Shown: piece after piece, positions 52,276 to 63,953 of the stretch
Layout: every line of letters begins with the position of its first letter
How positions within the stretch are numbered: position 1 is the first letter of the stretch
Origin: Mobula birostris
Lineage: Eukaryota
Length of the DNA stretch: 64,000 nucleotides
Assembly: GCF_030028105.1 (NCBI RefSeq)
Contig: NC_092397.1
Coordinates: 24,748,630 to 24,812,629, forward strand
Direction of reading: 5' to 3'
The notes under the pieces: generated by a model
Database searches by the model: none
Told to the model about the DNA's origin: nothing
Seen by the model: the letters and a program-made list of their open reading frames with translations, nothing else
Position numbers and translations under genes: made by a program

Positions 52276-52650
52276 TTACTTGGAGCTGGTGTACTTGGTC
52301 ACCGCCTTTGTCCCTTCGGACACGGCGTGCTTGGCCAGCTCCCCGGGCAGCAGCAGGCGCACAGCGGTCTGGATCTCCCGTGAGGTGATGGTTGACCGCT
52401 TGTTGTAATGGGTCAGGCGGGAAGCCTCGCCCCCGATGCGCTCGAAGATATCGTTAACGAACGAGTTCATGATGCTCATGGCCTTGGAGGAGATGCCAGT
52501 ATCGGGGTGAACCTGCTTCATCACTTTGTAGATGTAGATGGAGTAACTCTCCTTCCTCAGCCTCTTGCGCTTTTTCCCTGCCTTGCCCGCTGGTTTGGGC
52601 AGAGTTTTCTTGGCGCCCTTCTTCGGAGCAGGTTTCGCTGTCTCAGGCAT
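52276..52650 (-). CDS. H2B: Histone H2B, copy 1 (124 aa)
   Basis: [47 protein letters not shown]; true ATG at 52650. Confidence 0.98.
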   Translation of the reverse strand: MPETAKPAPKKGAKKTLPKPAGKAGKKRKRLRKESYSIYIYKVMKQVHPDTGISSKAMSIMNSFVNDIFERIGGEASRLTHYNKRSTITSREIQTAVRLLLPGELAKHAVSEGTKAVTKYTSSK

Positions 52651-52699
52651 TTCAGCTGACCGCTTCAGACCCACAAATAAGCAAAACGGGCTCGGAGCA

Positions 52700-52840
52700 C
52701 GAATTAAATAGGCAGCGCCCAGAGGTGTATGCTAATGAGGGATGGGATGCCTAGGATTCTCAATGGCTATTTGAAGTAACGTTCATGCAGTAAGGTAATT
52801 TAATTGGATAGCTAATGGAATTCGTTCAACCAATCAGAAC
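52700..52840. promoter_or_regulatory. H2B copy 1 promoter (probably bidirectional)
   Basis: Minus TATTTAAT about 52703-52710, octamer variant CCTCATTAGCATAC 52727-52740, CCAAT on minus (52804) and on plus (52830). Confidence 0.75.
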
Positions 52841-53209
52841 TCGTTCTGCACTACCCAGTGTTCGTTTTGGGTGACACCGTGGACAGGGACCTGTCGCCGA
52901 TCTGGTGAGTTGCCGCTGCCGGTTAATTCCGCAGGAAGGAAATCTAAAATACAAAATGGACCAACTACAGCGGCAGTATTCGGCCATTCGGCCCGTCGTA
53001 TCTGCTAGAAAAGCAGATGGAATGAGGAAAACACACAGTTGATAATATGAAACGTTTATGTAATGAAACAGGACAGCAGGAGACCGAAGGTCAAATGGAC
53101 CAGGTGAAAGATAAATTCACTGCAGCAGCATCATAAACACGTAGTATCCACGATACAGTGCCCACAAGAACTAAACTGCTGTACAGAATTGTAAAAAGAG
53201 AAGAGAATT

Positions 53210-53304
53210 AGCAGTTAGTCCTGACGAAGGGTCTCGGCCCAAAACGTCGACTGTACCTCTTTCCCAGAGATGCTGCCTGGCCTGCTGCGTTCATCAGCAA
53301 CTTT
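53210..53304 (+). mobile_element. 95-bp Penelope-derived insertion, hammerhead with GAAA changed to AAAA
   Basis: AGTC-CTGACGA-AGGGTCTCGGCCC-AAAA-CGTC-GACT at 53217-53252; TSD GAGAATT at 53203-53209 and 53305-53311. Confidence 0.8.
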
Positions 53305-53424
53305 GAGAATTTGAACGAGTCTCAAGACAGTCCATTGCAGTGTAAATTGATCAAAGTGGTGCTGTCTTGAGGTGGGGAGGAGCGTTGTTCGGGTTTGTTA
53401 AAGTACGTAATGTCTGTACATTAC

Positions 53425-53842
53425 GTACAGGGTTCATTCTGTACCCGTCAGTCTCTGGTACAGTGTGAAAGTGAGGGGTTCATCCTGTACCTGTCAGTTT
53501 CCAGTACAGTGTGAGAGTGAGGGATTCATTCTGTACCTGTCAGTCTCTGGTACAGTGTGAGAGTGAGGGATTCATTCTGTACCTGTCAGTCTCTGGTACA
53601 GTGGGAGAGTGTGGGGTTCATTCTGTACCTGTCAGTCTCTGGTACAGTGTGAGAGTGTGGGGTTCATTCTGTACCTGTCAGTCTCTGGTACAGCGTGAGA
53701 GTGAGGGATTCATTCTGTACCTGTCAGTCTCTGGTACAGTGTGCGAGTTTGGGGTTCATTCTGTACCCGTCAGTCTCCGGTACAGTGTGAGAGTGTGGGG
53801 TTCATTCTGTACCTGTCAGTTTCCGGTACAGTGTGGGAGTTG
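53425..53842 (+). repeat. 46-bp minisatellite, about 9 copies, same family as 1340-1856
   Basis: Same consensus unit and orientation. Confidence 0.95.
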
Positions 53843-53954
53843 GTACTTGGCACTGTGTCTGCCAGTCTCTCATGCAGTGTAAATGTAGAAACTTCTTTCA
53901 GATTCATCCTCACAATTGAATTCTTTTTAGCTTTTTAAACAATATCATACAATG

Positions 53955-54392
53955 TGATGTGGCCACACATTTGTTGGAGGAACAACACCTTATGGGTGGC
54001 TTCCAACCTGACGGCATGAACATCGAACTCTCCCATTTCCGGTAATGCCTCCCGCTGCCCCCCCTTCACCATTTCCCATCATCTTGCCCACCCACCATCT
54101 CCCTCTGGTGCTCCTCTCCCCTTTTCTTTCTTCCATGGCCTCCTGTCTCTTTCACTAATCAACTTCCCAGCCCCCTACACGTTTCACACTCACCTTATTT
54201 TCTCTCTCCCCTTCCCCACCTTTTAAATCTACTCCTCACATTTTCTCCTTAAATCCTGCCGAAGGGTTTTGGCCCAAAACAGTGGCTGTACTTTTTTTTT
54301 TCTGTAGATGCTGCCTGACCCGCTGAGTTTGTTCAGTGTTTTGTGTGTGTGGCTTGGATTTCCAGCAACTGTAGATTTTCTCCTGTTTGTGA
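53955..54392 (+). mobile_element. Penelope-like element 3' end (GIY-YIG tail, UTR, pLTR)
   Basis: LEEQHL..GLQPDGMNIELSHFR*, pyrimidine tract, decayed hammerhead at about 54253-54288, pLTR module. Confidence 0.8.
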
Positions 54393-55084
54393 CACAATGC
54401 TGTACATCAGTATCACAGCGATGATGTATCTGGTTACATTGTACTAATCTGAATGGACTTTGGAGCAGAGCCTCCAGAGTAACAAGCCCAGACCATTCAA
54501 CCCAACCCTGGTCTTGTGATAAATGTGTAACTTTCCTCGAGTCTCGGTGTGGGAAGGTTTGAATGGTGTGGAGCAACACTCGAACTGATGGAATTGAGAA
54601 TGATTATGACTGTAGATATGTAACCAGTGTGTCCACAGTGATCAGTGATGGGACCTCTGTCTGATCGGATCAAAATACACATGGGCGGATCAGATCGCTG
54701 ATGACATGAATATTGATGCAGTTGTGGGTGGCGAGGAAGGTTGTCAAATGGACAGAAGTGGATATAGATCAATTGGAATCATGCATGGAGAAATGGGGGA
54801 ATGGATTTTAATCTGGGCAAGTGTGAGGAGTTTTACAGGTAAAATGTCAGAAGAAACTCCACAGTAAATGGCAGCACCCTTAGGAGCACTAATACACGAG
54901 AGAACTTGATGTGTTTCTCTGTATTATCTTGCAAGTGTCACTGAAAGGAAGTAAACTGCTCTAAAGATCACAGAGGGGGAGCAGTAAGAGGATTCAGTGG
55001 GGGTGGGGTCACTGTAGGGTAATGTCATGGCTGGAAATGTGCATAATTAATGACCACTGACATTCTGTTGTGTTTCTCTTTTAG

Positions 55085-55105
55085 AAGCTGGACTGCTGTT
55101 ATGAT
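55085..55105 (+). other. Putative 21-nt micro-exon
   Basis: Branch-like CACTGAC 55055, pyrimidine tract TTTCTCTTTTAG|, then AT|GTAAGT at 55106. Confidence 0.5.
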
Positions 55106-55651
55106 GTAAGTATGTGAAGTTTTTTTTTAAAACTGTGCTTTATGTTTCTGTATTTGGAGGACAATAAATGAGTTGTTATGGTTTTCCTGAAACAGAAAAT
55201 GCCTCATGCCATTTTATTTGTAAAAGCCTTCACACTGCAAGAATACGGCAGTGTCAATCTGCACCAAGAAAACCTGATCAATGGCATTGCTTACTTTGAG
55301 TTTACTGCCGTTGAATGCCAGCAGGGTCACAATCAGCAGAAACTCTCACAAAGCAGCTCTGTTTGTATTGTGTGCTTAGTAGGTCTGTGGGAGATACCCA
55401 GAATGTGAAGCTATAGTAATGGAGAGAGACACACTGAGCCAAGTCACAGCTTGATGGGCAGAGAGGAAAACAGAGAATTTGATGTTGTGTCCTTATGCCT
55501 GAACTATGCCCAGTTAGAAGTGTTGTTCCTCCGCACAGTGTTCAGCCTCACTGTAACAGTGTGACATCAGACATCAACATGAAAACCAAAATAATCTCAG
55601 CTGAGATATATTCTCTTTCACCTGTTGATCTTCTTTGCAAACATTTTACAG

Positions 55652-56240
55652 GGCAGAAAAGGCAAAGAATTTCTGTCTGAGAATCTCAAATGCAACAGCG
55701 TGTCACTTCTGCTGTGTCTGTCAGTTCCCCAGCATTTGAATGCTACCAATCACTGAATATGAAGGGGGAGATGGTTGAGAAGACAGCACACCAGAGTCCC
55801 AATACGTGGACTTGTCCATGGACTGACCTGATAAATGGCCATAGATTTGATACCAGTGAGTTGGCGTTCACCGCCTCTCATTTTGGAAGGGATTCACCAG
55901 GCCACTGCACCTGCAGATACACCAGCAAGTTCACACGGGGAGAGGCCATTCACCTGCTCCATGGCAGACGGGATTCATTCAGTCACATGAGCTATTAAAA
56001 CACCAGCCAGTTCACACTGGTGAGCAGCTAGACTTGGCTCTGTTGTCTCTGTGTCTCAGTATAGCTTCACACCTGTTCCGACTGTGGGAGGAGATTCATT
56101 CAGTTCACCCACCGTGTGAGGCTCCAGTGAGTTTACAATTCATAGAGGACACACTTCTGTCCTGAGTCGGCAAAGAAATTTACTCAAGTCATCCCTCCTG
56201 CTGAAACACCAGCAACTTCACATCAGGGAGGAAGTTATAA
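55652..56240 (+). pseudogene. Degenerate C2H2 zinc-finger array (terminal exon)
   Basis: [76 protein letters not shown] with frameshifts, a stop and lost Cys; acceptor TTTTACAG| at 55651. Confidence 0.85.
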
Positions 56241-57014
56241 TAAGCTGTATATGGGACTGTTAATGTCAGATTCCACAGATATTGTGGCTGGTCATCAGAC
56301 CCAGGACTGAACCCTGGTCACTGAGCATTGAGGGGGTTCATCCCACCATCTTAAAATACACTGATGTTTAATATTGTGGATCTGTCATAGACAAATAGAT
56401 CAATTCCATTTCAAATCCTGTGTCTCAGGTGCTTCCTCCCTGTCACACTGATAATGAACAGTCGAGAGGCCACCCAGTCCAGCTGGTACCTGCTTGTGTT
56501 CCTATTGCACACCAGAGCTTTCAAACTCATCCCTGCCGTTCACCACTAACTCACCCTATAATGTTCAGGATGTAACTGGTCACCGGTCTGGGGATGAAGA
56601 GGTTTACCTTGAATTCACTCCATGACTTTCTGTAAACTGCAGAGGATTAATTTACTGTGGTTTTCTCCCAAATATTCCTCATCCCTCACAGCTCTGGACC
56701 AAGGCTGAAGTCTTGTGTTGTTAAAATCTTCCTGTCCCGCTCTGTTCATTGTTTTGTGTCATTTTCACTGATTTCGAAGGGCTGTGCCTCACATTGCCGG
56801 GCTGTTGCAATACAACACTCTCCTCTAAAGTACGACAGCAGAATGGTGGAGCAGAAAGAAGAGGGGTCAGCACAAATGAGGGCTTTGGAGCTCCAGATGT
56901 GATGGAGGCTCGAGTTTACATAGAGTAGAAGGAGGGAATCAGACCAGGAGGATGAGGCTGCAAATGGAAGTTCAGCAACATTTGGAAACTGATTGACTGA
57001 AAAAAGAGGTTTAT

Positions 57015-57815
57015 GTTTGCAAAATACTGGAGGGACTCAGTGCCCCCCAGCAGCATCTGTGCAGACAAATAAATAGTTGATATTATGGGCCAAGACACTT
57101 CATCCTATCTAGACTGTTTATTCCTCTGTTTAGCTGCTGCCTGACCTGCTGAGTTCCCGCAGTACTTTGTGTGTGTCACTTTACAGTTTATTCCCAGCAT
57201 CTGCTGAACCTCGAGTTTCATATCCGCATTTCTAAATGAGTGGGACTGTGACAGTTGTCATACAAAATGCTTGTTGACATTGAGTAATAAACAGGAGAAA
57301 ATCTGCAGATGCTGGAAATCCAAGGAACACACACAAAATGCTGGAGAAACTCTGCAGGCCAGGCACCATCTGTGGATAAAAGTACAGCTGACGTTTTGGG
57401 CCGAGATTCTTCAGCAGGACTGGAGAAAAAACAATGAGGAGTAAATTTTAAAGGTGGGGGAGGGGAGAGAGAAACACAAAGTGACAGGTGGAACTGGGAG
57501 AGGGAGGGATGAAGTAAAGAGCTGGGAAGTTGTTTGGTGAAAGAGATACAGGGCTGGAGAAGGGGGAATCTGAAAGGAGAGAACAGAAGGCCATGGATGA
57601 AAGAAAAGGGGAGAGGAACACCAAAGGGAGGCGATGGGCAGGCAACGAGAGGGAAAGGGGGATTGGGAATGATGAGCGAGGGGAGGCATGACTGGAAGAT
57701 CAAGAAGTGGATGTTAATGCCATCAGATTGGAGGCTGCCCAGACAGAATACAAGATGCTGTTCCTCCTACCTGAGTGTGGCCTCATTGCGACAGTATAGG
57801 AGGCCATGGATTGAC
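57015..57815 (-). mobile_element. Penelope-like fragments: old fold-back copy (57015-57210) and 3' end with pLTR (57290-57815)
   Basis: Minus strand HGLLYCRNEATLR*EEQHLVFCLGSLQSDGIN; mutated hammerhead at 57385-57422. Confidence 0.8.
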
Positions 57816-57954
57816 GTCTCCATTGAGTACACTGTTTGTGGAAGCTTGCTGTGTTCAAGTAGCTGCGGAGTTTTCTGCATAAAATCATTGACTGCTTTTG
57901 AAACATGTGGCGTGGAACCAGCACTTGCCCCTCAAATTAATCCAGTCTGTTAAC

Positions 57955-59668
57955 AACAGCACATCACCTCCCTTTTCCAAAATATAATTCACCACACTAT
58001 CACCATCCATTCCGTAAGTTTACACAAATGGGACGTCAGTGATATTGGTCTATAACTAGGAGGGGTTTCCATCAGGGGTTTCCCAGGTTTTAGAATAGAC
58101 AGTACAGTTGCCATTTTCCATGAGGAGGGAAGATGGCCTGAACTCCAATTATGATTTTAAAAATGTCATATTATCTCAAGAGAGTTGTTGACCATATGTT
58201 TAAACATGCAATAACATGTATCATCCTTTCCTAGAGCCGTCTGACCTGTACTATAAATAGCTTTCTTAAATTCACACAAATAAACTCTACATCACTAATA
58301 CTATCATTGCTACAGCTGGTTTCCAACACCTTAAGGTATTCTTGTAAAACCTTATCCCTACATTGTTTAGTCTCTCCACCTATTTTGATTATGAATTGCA
58401 GCAAATGACCGAGCCAGGACTCAACCGTCTCTCCTTCAGGAACAATTGTATTACCTTCTTTAATCAATATTCGGAACCTTATGAATCCCACACCCCCATT
58501 TTCTTAGTCATTCCCCAAACATCTTCAAGTTTAATAGTCCTTCCAATACTTTCACAATATGACCTCCAGTAAATCTTTTTCACAAGCTTCATTACTTTCC
58601 TCACCACGGCCTGTGACCTGTTACACTTAATATGATCACGCGGAGAGTGATACTTAACTTTCGGAAATGCCACGTTTCTCTCAGTAACTGCCTCTGCACA
58701 CTCCTCCGTCCACCACGGTACAGCTTTTCTCCCACTACTGCACTTTTTAAATTGAATCTCTTCCCCGCTATTGGATGAATAATGTCACAACGTTTCTTTG
58801 CAGAAATCCACATCATCCTCACCATTCAGCCCAGACAGACGCTCAGCACATAAAACATTCAAACTTCTCCCAATTTGCTTTACCAGAGCTCCACCTCCTA
58901 AAAGTGGCCTCATGCCCCCTATAGAAATCCAAACCCAAGCTTATAAACATAGGAAAACGATCACTCCCCAATGCCTCATCTCCCATGACATCCCACTACT
59001 CACTCCAATGTTCAAAACTAAAGTTAAATTTACAGCATTTTCAGAACTATTATGAACATCAAATCTCGCACCTCTCCCACCATAAAGACTAACAGGATAT
59101 GAAATATCTGAAACTCTTCTATAAACAAAATATCACCAATCTGAGAACAACCCCACAGTGAACTAACTATGTGTTAAAATCCCCACACCATACAACCCTT
59201 AGTGAGCTAGAGCTACATATATTCTCCAACAAATCAATCGGAAGCTTTCCACAATGGTTATAATAACACACAAACACGAGGAAATCTGCAGATGCTGGAA
59301 TTTCAAGCAACACGCATAAAAGTTGCTGGTGAACGCAGCAGGCCAGGCAGCATCTCTAGGAAGAGGTACAGTCGACATTATAATAATATACCACTTTATT
59401 GCCCCTACCTGTGGAATCAAATGTGTCTTCAAATGCCTCATACATTTCATTTACATCCACAACTCTATGCCCTCTCCCTCTCTTAAAAAAGAACTTGCAA
59501 CACCACCTCCTCTACCAACTAATCTATCACGCTTAATTACAATATAACACTGGAAGGAAGAACTTAAATGCGATAACAATCGGGTTTCCTGAATACATAT
59601 AACATCACATAGATTTGATAAATCAGAAATAAACTTGAAGTCTTGACCATTAGAAATCAGGCTTCTGG
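57955..59668 (-). mobile_element. Nimb/I-clade-like LINE ORF2 fragment (second copy)
   Basis: RSLISNGQDFK..DVICIQETRL..RDRLVGRGGGVA; QAVVRKVMKLVKKIYWRSYCESIG..VWGM matches the 12119 ORF; YRPISLTS near 58030-58055. Confidence 0.85.
59267..59377 (-). mobile_element. 111-bp Penelope-derived insertion with 9-bp TSD
   Basis: TSD TTATAATAA at 59258-59266 and 59378-59386; starts (minus) TGTCGACTGTAC. Confidence 0.85.
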
Positions 59669-59719
59669 AAATCGCCCTTCTGATGCAGGCGGGGCGGGGG
59701 GGTGCGGAATGTAGTGGGG

Positions 59720-60050
59720 CGTTTATGATTGGTGAAACAGTGCCTGATCTGATTGGAAAAATCAAATATTCCAATCACAGAGCTGCCTTATTCACCAGTC
59801 AAGAGACAGCAACTGTAGAAGCGCGGAAAATACCGTCTAACCGCCGAAATAAACTGAAATTTGCAAAACACCGCCAAAAGTTTGTTTGTCGGCTCTTTAC
59901 CCCGTTACTGGAGTCCGACGCACTTAAACAAAGTGTAGTTAATATTGCGATGGTGTCTGGGACATTAGTTCACCGATATCTTTCAATTGATAAACGATTG
60001 GAATAAAACCGATTCTCAGCTGCTGTTCGCGGTCGGTCATTGTGTAAACT
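59720..60050 (-). promoter_or_regulatory. Orphan H2A-type promoter and H2B-H2A spacer, no H2A CDS
   Basis: Colinear with 51520-51890: same CCAAT spacing, CTGCCTTA.TCACCA.TCAAGAG, GTAGAAGCGCGGA, CCGCCAAAA, CAAGTGTAGTT-like block, GGTCATTGTGTAAAC. Confidence 0.8.
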
Positions 60051-60445
60051 CAAGTCAGTTTAGCAACGGGTCGCCCGTCAGAAAGTGGAGCTTTAACAAA
60101 TAATCTGAACGACCCGTGACAGTATTCAGCTCTTGCGTCGGAATGGGGTTAAGAGAAGTATCCAAAATGGGACAAAGCTTAATGAACCCACGGTAATTAA
60201 ACCAGAAACATTAGCGTCCATGTCAGAGAAATCTGATGACCGAGAGGAAGCGACGGGGTGTGTAACGATTCCGTGTCTGGGCAGTTGGCAGGAATTAACA
60301 GAGAAATTCGGATTATACTGAGCAGCGGACAGCAAGTTCTGATTAACGGGGATAAGATTCTGAATCAGCATTTCAACAAAAAATTCCAAATTTACCTCAA
60401 TTCCATGTCTCAACATTGTGTAACTCTTTTAATGAAACTGTGAGT

Positions 60446-60461
60446 GGCTCTTAAAAGAGCC
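60446..60461 (-). terminator. Histone 3' stem-loop (H2B copy 2)
   Basis: Minus strand GGCTCTTTTAAGAGCC-ACTCA then AAAAGAGTT. Confidence 0.95.
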
Positions 60462-60498
60462 TTTGATTTTCCGGTTTGTTTTGTCAGTGAACTTGTCT

Positions 60499-60873
60499 TC
60501 ACTTGGAGCTGGTGTACTTGGTCACCGCCTTTGTCCCTTCGGACACGGCGTGCTTGGCCAGCTCCCCGGGCAGCAGCAGGCGCACGGCGGTCTGGATCTC
60601 CCGGGAGCTGATGGTTGACCGCTTGTTGTAATGGGCCAGGCGGGAAGCCTCGCCCGCGATGCGCTCGAAAATATCGTTGACGAATGAATTCATGATGCTC
60701 ATGGCCTTGGAGGAGATGCCGGTGTCGGGGTGAACCTGCTTCATCACTTTGTAGATGTAGATGGCGTAAGTCTCCTTCCTCGACCTCTTGCGCTTCTTGC
60801 CAGTCTTGCTCGCTGGTTTGGACAAAGCTTTCTTGGCGCCCTTCTTGGGAGCGGGTTTCGCTGGATCAGGCAT
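60499..60873 (-). CDS. H2B: Histone H2B, copy 2 (124 aa)
   Basis: [66 protein letters not shown]. Confidence 0.99.
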   Translation of the reverse strand: MPDPAKPAPKKGAKKALSKPASKTGKKRKRSRKETYAIYIYKVMKQVHPDTGISSKAMSIMNSFVNDIFERIAGEASRLAHYNKRSTISSREIQTAVRLLLPGELAKHAVSEGTKAVTKYTSSK

Positions 60874-60921
60874 TTCCTCGTCGGGTTCAAAAACAATAAT
60901 AAGCAGAAGCTGTCCGGAGCG

Positions 60922-61055
60922 CGGATTAAATAGGCAGCGCCCAAAGCGGTATGTTAATGAGGATGGAAATGCTGCGCATTTTTATTGGCTGTTTGGAGAA
61001 ATGAATCACCAATCGGAACGCTGGGGGATGGGAAGCGGCGCCAATGGGCGGGGTT
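60922..61055. promoter_or_regulatory. H2B copy 2 promoter
   Basis: Minus TATTTAAT about 60925, octamer variant CCTCATTAACATAC about 60949-60962, CCAAT boxes at 60984 (minus), 61009 and 61041 (plus), GC box 61046. Confidence 0.7.
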
Positions 61056-61165
61056 TACCGCTGTCGTTTAATGCGGGAGGAAGTACTGAAGGGCAGAGAC
61101 AGGCCGGGCTGCGGGCTGAAATTGAAAAGGGAAAGGCAAATTTCAAAAGCTGAATGAAAATAAAA

Positions 61166-61992
61166 TCAGATGAAATTTGATGTGGGTAAATGTGAAGTTA
61201 TCCACTTTGGTGGCAAAAATAGGAAAACAGATTATCTGAATGGTGGCCGATTAGGAAAAGGGGAGGTGCAACGTGACCTGGGTGTCATTATACACCAGTC
61301 ATTGAAAGTGGGCATGCAGGTACAGCAGGCGGTGAAAAAGGCGAATGGTATGCTGGCATTTATAGCGAGAGGATTTGAGTACAGGAGCAGGGAGGTACTA
61401 CTGCAGTTGTACAAGGCCTTGGTGAGACCGCACCTGGAGTATTGTGTGCAGTTTTGGTCCCCTAATCTGAGGAAAGACATCCTTGCCATAGAGGGAGTAT
61501 AGAGAAGGTTCACCAGATTGATTCTTGGGATGGCAGGACTTTCATATGAAGAAAGAATGGATGAACTGGGCTTGTACTCGTTGGAATTTAGAAGATTGAG
61601 GGGGGATCTGATTGAAACGTATAAGATCCTAAAGGGATTGGACAGGCTAGCTGCAGGAAGATTGTTCCCGATGTTGGGGTTGTCCAGAACGAGGGGTCAC
61701 AGTTTGAGGATAGAGGGGAAGCCTTTTAGGACCAAGATTAGGAAAAACTTCTTCACACAGAGAGTGGTGAATCTGTGGAATTCTCTGCCACAGGAAACAG
61801 TTGAGGCCAGTTCATTGGCTATACTTAAGAGGGAGTCAGATATGGCCCTTGTGGCTACGGGGGTCAGGGGGTATGGAGGGAAGGCTGGGGCGGTGTTCTG
61901 AGTTGAATGATCAGCCATGATCATAATAAATGGCGGTGCAGGCTCGAAGGGCCGAACGGCCTACTCCTGCACCTATTTTCTATGTTTCTATG
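61166..61992 (+). mobile_element. Young 5'-truncated CR1, same subfamily as 44760-45388
   Basis: ORFs 61170-61502 and 61518-61901 separated by a single stop; 3' hairpin and TTTTCTATGTTTCTATG tail. Confidence 0.93.
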
Positions 61993-63099
61993 AAATATTG
62001 TAAAATTAAACAATAGGACATTTAGTTCATGACAGAGGGCTGCAGGAGAGTGAAGGAGAGATTTGGACATTTCAGTGTAAAGTTTAAATCGAGTTTATTT
62101 ATGCACAGGTGAAAGGAACAAAATATTTGTAGCAGCATCACAGACACGTTGCATCAGAGACACAACACTGACAAGAAACACTGAAATTAAATATGAATTA
62201 TACCAAAATATTCAAACAGACAGAAGACTATCAGAACAAAATCAAAATAACAAACAGATTATGCGGGCAGTGGGAGAATCATCCCTCTTGTGCTTCTTCA
62301 TCTTGTCACTCTAGATTCAGTGTCACACAACGCTGCCACTTTGATCTGGCCCATGCCTTCATCAACCAAGTCCAACACTTGCCTTTATTGCATCTTCCTT
62401 CTCCTTACACTGGTCATCGGGTTTGTGGGGTGTGTGCCCCCTTGGACCTCAGGATTAGGTTTGAGGGTAGGGCTGGTGGATGCATATGCGGGGCTGGGAG
62501 AGATAATGCTGTGGAGTTTAGTATGGTGAGATAGGTGGGGCTATGGTGGATAGGGTAGTGTAGTGTAGCCACTTCAATCTGGCCCATTCCCTTCATTAAC
62601 GTGGCCTGACACCACTTGGCTTAATGAACCGGTGTTGCAAAGAGACACATCGTCAGTAATGCAACCTGGGGTCATTGGGTGTTTTGGGTCTTTAATCATG
62701 AGACATCCTCGCCCAGACAACCCAGCCAGGGTTAATCAGGCCCGCTTGTGTTTATCCCATGGATCAAGGTAATGAGAGGCATGTAACTCTGCATGTTGTG
62801 GGTATTTTAGACCTTGTTACTTGGCTTTATTTTGACCATTTGGGGAGTAGAATGTTCTGAGGCCTAGTAATCAGGCTTTACCTCCAAGTAAGGTTCAACT
62901 TTCCTACTTTCAGTTTAGAATTGTCTTTATTTTGCATCTGTATGCCTGGGATTGCATGGGTTAAATTAACAGTGTTCACTGCAGTACAAATTAGTGATTA
63001 GGGCTGTGCAGATTGGTCCATAATTCCAAAATGCAAACATCTCTGAAATCCAGATTTTTTTGTGCTGACATGACATCACAAATGGAGAATTTTACTCAG

Positions 63100-63545
63100 G
63101 ATTAAATGGCTTGTCTAATGAAGAGAGTTTTACAGCTCACTGGAACTTCAAAGAAAGAAGGGTTACCAAATTGAAACCCAACAAATAGTGAAAAGGCTTA
63201 ACTGAGTGCACGTGGAGAGGGTTTCTCCTGTGGTGGGAATATCTAAAACTGGACCACACAGCTTCACAATAGAGGGTCATCCTTTTAGAATGGAAATAAG
63301 GAGGAATTTCTTCAGCCAGAGAGTGGTGAATCCGTGAATTTTTTTGCTACAGGCAGCTGTGGAGGCCAAATCACTGGGTATAGGCAGAGATTGATAGATT
63401 CTTGATTGGTCAGGGCATGAAGGGATACAATGGAAGGCAGGAGACTGTCTCTCAGAGGAAAAATTGATCAGTGATGATGAAATGCCAGAGAAGGCTCGAC
63501 AGGCAAAATGGCCGAATTCTGCTCCTGTATCTTATGGTCTTATGG
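63100..63545 (+). mobile_element. CR1 3' relic
   Basis: GHPFRMEIRRNFFSQRVVN; TCTTATGGTCTTATGG tail. Confidence 0.75.
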
Positions 63546-63710
63546 ACTCACTTAGTGACTAAATCTCTCCCAGAGACTGTTGATCTCAGCTTTGACTCAA
63601 CCCAGCAACTGAGGCTCCACATTACTTATATAAGGAATACTGAGATGCTTTGTTCTTTGATTAACGAAATATCTCATTTCCATCCTGAATGCTTGTCATC
63701 TCATTCTGAG

Positions 63711-63953
63711 CAACAGACACAAAATGCTGGAGGAAGTCAGCAGGCCAGGCAGCACCTATGGAAAAGAGTAACGAGCCGATGCTTCGGGCTGAGAACGTTC
63801 ACGCTGAGATCTGATGAAGGGTCTCGGCCCAAAGTGTCGACTGTTTACTCTTTTCCTTAGGGTCTGCCTGTCCTGCTGAGTTCCTCCAGCATCTTGTGTG
63901 TGTTGTGTTTGATTCCCAGCATCAGCAGATTATCTCGTGTTTGTGATTTATGC
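63711..63953. mobile_element. Penelope-derived fold-back insertion with 11-bp TSD
   Basis: TSD CTCATTCTGAG at 63700-63710 and 63954-63964; inverted pLTR arms; CTGATGA-AGGGTCTCGGCCC-AAAG-TGTC-GACTG at 63811-63843. Confidence 0.85.
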
